Part shown: piece by piece, positions 33,370 to 40,672 of the stretch | How the letters are laid out: the number at the start of each line of letters is the position of its first letter | Position numbering within the stretch: the first letter of the stretch is position 1 | Assembly (NCBI RefSeq): GCF_001194135.2 | Contig: NC_068994.1 | Coordinates: forward strand, 25,689,378 to 25,730,049 | Direction of reading: 5' to 3' | DNA: 40,672 bases | DNA from: Octopus bimaculoides | Lineage: Eukaryota | Program-made: the position numbers and the translations under genes | The notes under the pieces: model-generated | Seen by the model: only the letters and a program-made list of their open reading frames with translations | Database searches by the model: none | Told to the model about the DNA's origin: nothing

Positions 33370-33560
33370 ACACGAATGGCACGACGCTAGTAATTCACAA
33401 ATATATCTATCTTTGTGTTTGAGGAGTGAAAGTGCTGCAGAGTCAGAATATTTTCTGAGAATGTGTACCTTCAGGTGTTCCTAAAAGTTACATCCGTTTG
33501 TGTAACATATTACGCAATCTAACTAATTGTATTATGCTCATGTCACAATAAAGACTCCTA
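33370..33560 (-). pseudogene. Another copy of the same PLE GIY-YIG C-terminus
   Basis: NGCNF*EHLKVHILRKYSDSAALSLLKHKDRYICELL, homologous to 29690-29839 and 30100-30173. Confidence 0.75.
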
Positions 33561-33639
33561 ATGAAACAATTGTAGCAATACCAGATAACCCATACGTCTG
33601 TCTTTATTATATATATGTATACGTATATACATTATATAT

Positions 33640-34478
33640 GTAGTGAAACCACCTCTCACGGTTATTTATTTTACAAATGCGAGCGTAGCAGAGAACAACT
33701 CTTTTCCCGCCTTGCTGTGTCATCACCTGACTGACTTTTATTTTCGCGGCATTTGCCTCCAGTCCGTTCGCCCCATGACGCAAACCGACCAACCGTAGCC
33801 ACTAATAAGGTCACGTGAGAGAGTGTTTTTCTGATGCTCTCTGGAGCCTAGCCTAAATTATCCGCGCCAAATTTGTCGCGGCTACAGATCTGTTAAGATC
33901 TGGTGGTAGACCACACAGCACCAACCAACCAGCCAGTTCCAGCGACGACATCAACAGCATCGTTCAGCTACGTACTACCAGCATCGTCGCCAGCGTCAAC
34001 ATGACTTCTCCACGTACACAAGCTACCGCAGCTTCTCTTCTCAACCCTGTTTGTGTGAATCGCCTCACCACGAAATTAACAGTCAGAACTCAACCTGCGA
34101 AGAACATCTGTATCAAGAATCCGGCCCGGCATCGAAGCCTCAACTGCACGACAAGTGACTTAGCTCTGCCATCAACCATAACCTCTTATATACAGACCTA
34201 CAAATCTACTGTGTACCTTAACAGAACTGGTATCTTATTATCCTGTATTACAGACTCTTTCTATGCTTTGTATCTCTTGCATTCACATACATATATTTGT
34301 ACACATACACTATTTTGTTTACATGACGGCCTGTCTTATATTGTGTTTTATTATGTCGCATTCACACACACACAGACATACATGTATAAATCTTACTGTT
34401 ATACATCTTTATCGGTTGCGTTTCTATCTTTTACCTTGCTGGCAAACTTCTTAGTTCTCTATGTTATAGTATTATAAC
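33640..34478. other. CpG-rich non-coding block, possibly a solo LTR
   Basis: CpG-rich relative to its flanks, begins TG and ends ...ATAACA. No TSD or terminal inverted repeat found. Confidence 0.25.
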
Positions 34479-34687
34479 ATAATATCATTATAATTTTGTG
34501 TCGACCGTGCGACGCGTTTAAAAAGGAGCCTGTTTTCCATTCGTCACCATTTCTCCTTTTCGCACGGTCGTTCTTACATATATGTGTATGTGTGTATACA
34601 TACATACATGCATATGTAACCACATGTGGATCATTGGCGATTTTTTTCCTCCGTCTTACTTTTCACTTGGACTTTCCTCCGTCTCCT

Positions 34688-34722
34688 GTTTCTGACGAAG
34701 AGCTTCGATCGAAACGTAAAAC
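34688..34722 (+). ncRNA. Minimal type I hammerhead ribozyme motif (best preserved core)
   Basis: Stem I GTTT/AAAC; core CTGACGA plus an extra A; stem II GAGC-TTC-GATC (one mismatch); GAAA-C-GTA with palindromic ACGT; predicted cleavage after 34718. Confidence 0.8.
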
Positions 34723-34827
34723 TACCTTTCTTCCCTTCGATGAGCGTCTGCTATTACTTTGCATGTACCACGTCCTCGCGTTGTTGTTTTTTCTTCTTGT
34801 GCTTGTTCTTGTTTTCTCTCTGGGATT

Positions 34828-34861
<34 letters not shown>

Positions 34862-35277
34862 NNNNNNNNNNNNNNNNNNNNNNNNNNNNNNNNNNNNNNN
34901 NNNNNNNNNNNNNNNNNNNNNNNNNNNNNNNNNNNNNNNNNNNNNNNNNNNNNNNNNNNNNNNNNNNNNNNNNNNNNNNNNNNNNNNNNNNNNNNNNNNN
35001 NNNNNNNNNNNNNNNNNNNNNNNNNNNNNNNNNNNNNNNNNNNNNNNNNNNNNNNNNNNNNNNNNNNNNNNNNNNNNNNNNNNNNNNNNNNNNNNNNNNN
35101 NNNNNNNNNNNNNNNNNNNNNNNNNNNNNNNNNNNNNNNNNNNNNNNNNNNNNNNNNNNNNNNNNNNNNNNNNNNNNNNNNNNNNNNNNNNNNNNNNNNN
35201 NNNNNNNNNNNNNNNNNNNNNNNNNNNNNNNNNNNNNNNNNNNNNNNNNNNNNNNNNNNNNNNNNNNNNNNNNNNNN
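34862..35277. other. Assembly gap (N run)
   Basis: Run of N preceded by (TA)n. Confidence 1.
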
Positions 35278-35925
35278 GCAAATAGCTGTTACGTGGTAGC
35301 AGGGCGTGCTAGAAATAGCAGCCAAATCTTTGGAGGTGAGATACATTGAAGGCACTTGAAAAAAACTTAGGGAATAAAAGCTATTTCATAGGGAGGTTAC
35401 GAACGGGTCTTTTACGAAATATTTACCTATTTTAAAAGTCATTTTCACTTTAAAATATTTTAAAAATATGCCAAAAAAAAATTTGTAATGGTATTCACTT
35501 GAAAATAATTAAAAAAAAACATTGAAATATTGTCTGTTTAGAGAAAACTAAAATGTAAATACTTACTGTACAAACAGCTTACATTTTTGAAATCACATTC
35601 ACTTAAAAATATTTCTAAATGATTAAAATATTGTGTTTAACAAAAGAGAAAATAGAAACATTCTTTCTACTATAATAATACTCTTGTGTTTTCTCCGTCA
35701 CAACATATGAATGAGAAAGGAAGGGGTGATATATGAATAAAGAAGGAAGTGGTGATGGCAAAATGTGACTGTGTGTGTGAGTGAACATTCAACGCTGAAA
35801 AGAAAAATCAAATAGCATTTCAACTCCGTGTGAGTATATGTGCGTATGTGTGTGCGTGTACAAGGGCAGTATGTGAATGTTTGTATGTGATTATTATGTA
35901 CTTTACATACAATATATATAATTAG

Positions 35926-35956
35926 CCGTCATTTTTGACGGTACGGGGCCAGCTAG
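35926..35956 (+). mobile_element. Helitron-type 3' terminus of a non-autonomous element
   Basis: Hairpin CCGTCA-TTTT-TGACGG (35926-41), an 11-nt spacer, CTAG (35953-56), followed by T. Confidence 0.7.
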
Positions 35957-36270
35957 TTTATTGTAAAAAACAAATCGTATTTTTTCGTTAAGTCACTGTG
36001 TCTAATCGAAAGATTTGAGTTTCTTCCCTTACAGGATAAAGATTATTTTCAGAGTCTTTTCCCACTATGCACCAGTTTAGCTGAGTAACATTGCAAGCCA
36101 GCAAGACTCAATCTGACTTTTAATAATACATATATATATATGTATATATGTAAAAGTATATGTATATGTGTGTATATTGTTTTCCTTCTCTCTACACATT
36201 TTTGCCCTTCCTCTTTTTTAATAATATATATATTATATCTTTTTTAATAATATATATATATATATATGTA

Positions 36271-37303
36271 CTAGCAGTATAACCCGACCTTGTCCGGGTG
36301 TGACTTGCTAGGTGAAAATCAACTAAAAAAAGAAAGCCTTACAACGAAAAAACCCTTATGATGTAAATATATTCATAATTCAAAAGACGATGAAATTAAG
36401 AGGGAAAGTCTGAAGGCTGTTTTGTGTAACATTATTAAGCGTACGTAAACTTCATCCGTCTAATTGGCTATAGAAATGCTTGTGCAAAACAACTTTTTGC
36501 GCTGCCCTGATTATACATGAGCTAGGACGGCAATTTGTGATGAAGCAATTGCTGGTGATCTGTTGCTACATAGTTTTGCCAGAGTTCTATCAGATTGGGC
36601 AGATGTTGATGCACCATTTTGCATTATGTTCAAAGTAGCTTCTGGAATGTGGTGAATTGCTGCAGTCTGTTGCTGTCAATTTAAACCGGTTGCTTTCTTT
36701 CCCCAGCAAACTCTCTTCTTTGGAGGCATAATCTATGTATATATTAAACAGAACAACAAAAGTTATAATAGATGGCAGGGTCGGTAGTTTTCACATATCT
36801 GTAATTTTTCTGATTAATACCCGCACGATTACCCAACCCTAATCCTAAACCTAATCCTAACACTAACCCTAACATTAACTAAAAAACCCTAACCCTAACC
36901 CTAACCCTAGCCCTAAAACCCTAAAACCGTAACCGTAACACTAATCCTAACCCTAACCGTAAACGTAACCCTAAACCCTAACCCTGACCCTAAAACCGTA
37001 ACCGTAACACTAATCCTAACCCTAACTCCTAACCCTGACCCTAACACCCTAGTGAAAATCGTGGTATATTTACAAAACATTGACGAACATGAGTTATATT
37101 TTACTGAATGATTGTGTACTTGCACGTGTATGCGTTTGAGAGAGCGAGAGAGGAAGAGGTAGAGAGAGGGGGAGAAAGGAATAGAGGTAGTTAAAATTTT
37201 TCTTATGACGGCTTCTTTTCACTGCCTATTACTTCATTAGAAATCTATGGATGCATTTACGCACATAATAGAGAAAAATGAAACAAATATGGACGACTTG
37301 CTC
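36271..37303 (-). mobile_element. Putative non-autonomous Helitron on minus, 3' end at 36271
   Basis: On minus: hairpin ACCCG...CGGGT, a short spacer, CTAG then T. It extends towards the gap and spans a telomere-like repeat. The 5' end is not seen. Confidence 0.55.
36835..37052. repeat. Degenerate (CCCTAA)n telomere-like tract with a 39-bp higher-order duplication
   Basis: CCCTAA runs plus variants (CCGTAA, CCTAAT, CACTAA). CCCTAAAACCGTAACCGTAACACTAATCCTAACCCTAAC occurs at 36919-57 and 36988-37026. Confidence 0.9.
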
Positions 37304-38283
37304 NNNNNNNNNNNNNNNNNNNNNNNNNNNNNNNNNNNNNNNNNNNNNNNNNNNNNNNNNNNNNNNNNNNNNNNNNNNNNNNNNNNNNNNNNNNNNNNNN
37401 NNNNNNNNNNNNNNNNNNNNNNNNNNNNNNNNNNNNNNNNNNNNNNNNNNNNNNNNNNNNNNNNNNNNNNNNNNNNNNNNNNNNNNNNNNNNNNNNNNNN
37501 NNNNNNNNNNNNNNNNNNNNNNNNNNNNNNNNNNNNNNNNNNNNNNNNNNNNNNNNNNNNNNNNNNNNNNNNNNNNNNNNNNNNNNNNNNNNNNNNNNNN
37601 NNNNNNNNNNNNNNNNNNNNNNNNNNNNNNNNNNNNNNNNNNNNNNNNNNNNNNNNNNNNNNNNNNNNNNNNNNNNNNNNNNNNNNNNNNNNNNNNNNNN
37701 NNNNNNNNNNNNNNNNNNNNNNNNNNNNNNNNNNNNNNNNNNNNNNNNNNNNNNNNNNNNNNNNNNNNNNNNNNNNNNNNNNNNNNNNNNNNNNNNNNNN
37801 NNNNNNNNNNNNNNNNNNNNNNNNNNNNNNNNNNNNNNNNNNNNNNNNNNNNNNNNNNNNNNNNNNNNNNNNNNNNNNNNNNNNNNNNNNNNNNNNNNNN
37901 NNNNNNNNNNNNNNNNNNNNNNNNNNNNNNNNNNNNNNNNNNNNNNNNNNNNNNNNNNNNNNNNNNNNNNNNNNNNNNNNNNNNNNNNNNNNNNNNNNNN
38001 NNNNNNNNNNNNNNNNNNNNNNNNNNNNNNNNNNNNNNNNNNNNNNNNNNNNNNNNNNNNNNNNNNNNNNNNNNNNNNNNNNNNNNNNNNNNNNNNNNNN
38101 NNNNNNNNNNNNNNNNNNNNNNNNNNNNNNNNNNNNNNNNNNNNNNNNNNNNNNNNNNNNNNNNNNNNNNNNNNNNNNNNNNNNNNNNNNNNNNNNNNNN
38201 NNNNNNNNNNNNNNNNNNNNNNNNNNNNNNNNNNNNNNNNNNNNNNNNNNNNNNNNNNNNNNNNNNNNNNNNNNNNNNNNNNN
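37304..38283. other. Assembly gap (N run)
   Basis: Run of N. Confidence 1.
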
Positions 38284-38401
38284 ACATTCACTGTGTAGTC
38301 CTTTTGACTTTTGTTATTTTTCCTGTTTTTGTTTCATATTTGATTTGTCTATATAATATGTGCGCGCGCGGTTGTTTGTGTGTGTGTGTGTTTGTGTGTA
38401 T

Positions 38402-38472
38402 AGAAGAAGAAGAAGAAGAAGAAGAAGAAGAAGAAGAAGAAGAAGAAGAAGAAGAAGAAGAAGAAGAAGAAG
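38402..38472. repeat. (GAA)n microsatellite
   Basis: Read directly from the sequence. Confidence 0.97.
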
Positions 38473-38589
38473 AGGGAAGCTTACTTATAGAGAGAAATAG
38501 ATCAATAGTTATATAAAAAGGGAGTGATAAGTAGAGAAACAGAAAAGATCGACGGACAGATCGACATAAGGAAAAATTGGAGGAGCAAA

Positions 38590-40560
38590 GGTAAAGTATT
38601 GTAGCGGTGGCAGTGGTAATAGTCGTAATTGTGGTGGTGGTGGTGGGAGTGGTAATGGCGTTGTTGTTGCTGGTAGTAGTGATAGTGGTGGTGGTGGTGG
38701 TGGTGATCACAGTTGTGGTTGTGGTGAGAAAACTAACAATGCGTTATTTCAATTGAAGTATTTATCGTGTTATTTACTTATCCTTTGTCTCAGCATACAA
38801 CTTGTATATAAACTCGCCGCACCTTCACATCAGCCCGTCATTGCACCACCACTTTGCCACGTCCGTCGCCGCCACTATCACTATCTCCATCACAACACAT
38901 ATCCCCATCACTTTTACACCATGACACCATCACCATAACTACTACCAACATCACCACCACTGTTACTACTTTCACTACCAATGCCACTAACATTACCACC
39001 ACCACCAAAACACAAATTACCACCAGCCACTGTCTAGACTGTCCTATTCATGGAACAATGTTTGAACAGCTAATTGGACGTTTCTACAGTGTTTCTCAAC
39101 TTCCGATGTGGTTAATGCGTGTAGGCCTTAACACACTACCGTACCACCGTACTGTTACTACCCCACCACAAAACCACACTACTGTCACCAACCTCCCCAT
39201 CATGACCACCATCACCACCTTCATCATCATCACCATTAACACTATCATATTATCTCACCCCGTATCATAGAACACCAACACACCACTGTCACCATTATAC
39301 CATAGGCCACCGTTCCATTCTCATCACCTCCGCATATTTATTCTGTAATTAACGACCATTTTGAAATAAGTCAACACTGTAAATGGAGGAAAGTTGTTTT
39401 GTCTTTTCTCTGTGATTATTATTGATTTTTGTCTCCTTCACATATGCACGTATTTATGCATCTGCGTGTGTATTTGTCTCCCTCTGTGTTAGAGCATATA
39501 TATGCATGCATGAGTCCGTGTATGTATATATGTGCAATTGTGCATCGGTTGTGCATCTATATATTTTTGTCGCTATACTTTTGTGCGCACGTATGTATTT
39601 TTGTGCGTGAGTGTGTTTGATTGTGTATGTGTGTGGGTGAGTGAGTGCGTGCGTATGTGTGTGTGTGTGTGTGTGTGTGTGCGTATGTGTGTGTATGTGT
39701 GCGGTTGCGTATAGTATTTTATCGTCTTTACCGTGAATTAAAAAATTGTGAATAATATTCACCACCTCCGTCTTATGTATTTTACCACTCTGGTTTGCTG
39801 GGATATTGGCTTATTGACGCGTAGATATAAAGCTAGGTAGAATCACAACACACACACACACACGTGTGTGTGAGTACATGTAAAATAATACTATGAATTC
39901 TTGACTTTTGGAAATTATGTCCATTTCCAGAGATGGTAGACCAAATCACTTATTACCCTAGTAGAAATAGGCATCGATTTCAAATGAGAATATATGTGTG
40001 TGTGTTTGTGTGTGTGTGTCTGTGTGTGTGTACGTGTGTGTATACGTATATGTATATGCACACGTATGTAGGCAAATGGATATGAATGCAAACAGATAGA
40101 CATACAGACGGATAGGTACATAGGTAATATGAACAGACAAGCACACATACACACACACATACGCAAATGAAGACTGAAACACATGACCATATATACATAC
40201 ACACTTCACTTCACACAAGGACACATATGGAGATGCACATCCACATATATGGAGATATACATCTATACATACAAACACAGTACATAGTCACAAAAGCCCC
40301 CTCCCCATACAAACACACATGCACACACAAGGAGACAGGGGTAGACACACACATGCAAACACATACACACGCACACACACACGAACACACAAACACATGA
40401 ATATGCAGAATACATACATACAAACGTACACACATACATACATATATGCATGCGAGCACACATACACACACATACATGCATATATACACTTACATGCATC
40501 CATGTGTATGCGCGCACACATACACTGACCCACACAAGCGCACAAACATGCGCATAAAGA
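38590..40560. repeat. Low-complexity field: degenerate (GGT)n, (ACC)n, (GT)n and (AC)n blocks
   Basis: Composition switches block by block. The ORFs here are poly-T/H/CV artefacts. Confidence 0.9.
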
Positions 40561-40672
40561 ACACAGCTCGGATAAGGGATAGAGTTCACGACTATTTAAA
40601 AGGTTGCAAGATGCAACGAAAATTTTAGGAAAAGATAAATAAATTAGTGGAAACTTCCCCGTGAGTGTGTTA

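Noticed and set aside
36835-37052. True chromosome end
   Set aside because: The tract is short, degenerate and followed by further unique sequence on both sides.
34496-38516. Long ORFs spanning the N runs
   Set aside because: Artefacts of assembly gaps translated as X.
38288-40628. Thr-, His- and Cys/Val-rich ORFs (mucin- or metallothionein-like)
   Set aside because: Translations of (ACC)n, (CA)n and (GT)n in several overlapping frames, with no splice or domain support.

Overview
Eukaryotic (animal) AT-rich genomic DNA, almost entirely transposon debris, with two assembly gaps (34862-35277, 37304-38283). The SINE families look like those of octopus/cephalopods; this is my recognition, not a database result. 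One host exon is supported: the terminal coding exon of a MAK16-like gene (+, 18995-19231), which the ORF track misses. Recognisable elements include RTE/BovB-type and other RTE LINEs, five R4/Dong-like restriction-endonuclease LINE fragments (four stacked at 30.2-33.3 kb), an L1/Tx1 LINE, a CR1-group LINE and several Penelope-like elements (PLEs). DNA elements include a full-length degenerate piggyBac (TTAA TSD), three mariners, a Tip100-like hAT and a hAT MITE, Helitron remnants and many tRNA-derived SINEs. The most interesting signals are four. (1) Four minimal type I hammerhead ribozyme motifs, one sitting directly behind a Pol III tRNA-like head and locked by a 27-bp snap-back hairpin. 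(2) Repeated fold-back or twin-priming inversions at retroelement junctions. (3) A piggyBac and a mariner inserted 5 nt apart at the homologous position of two copies of one SINE. (4) A unit that appears in both orientations in front of the same downstream block. All family assignments come from motif recognition by eye; no searches were run.
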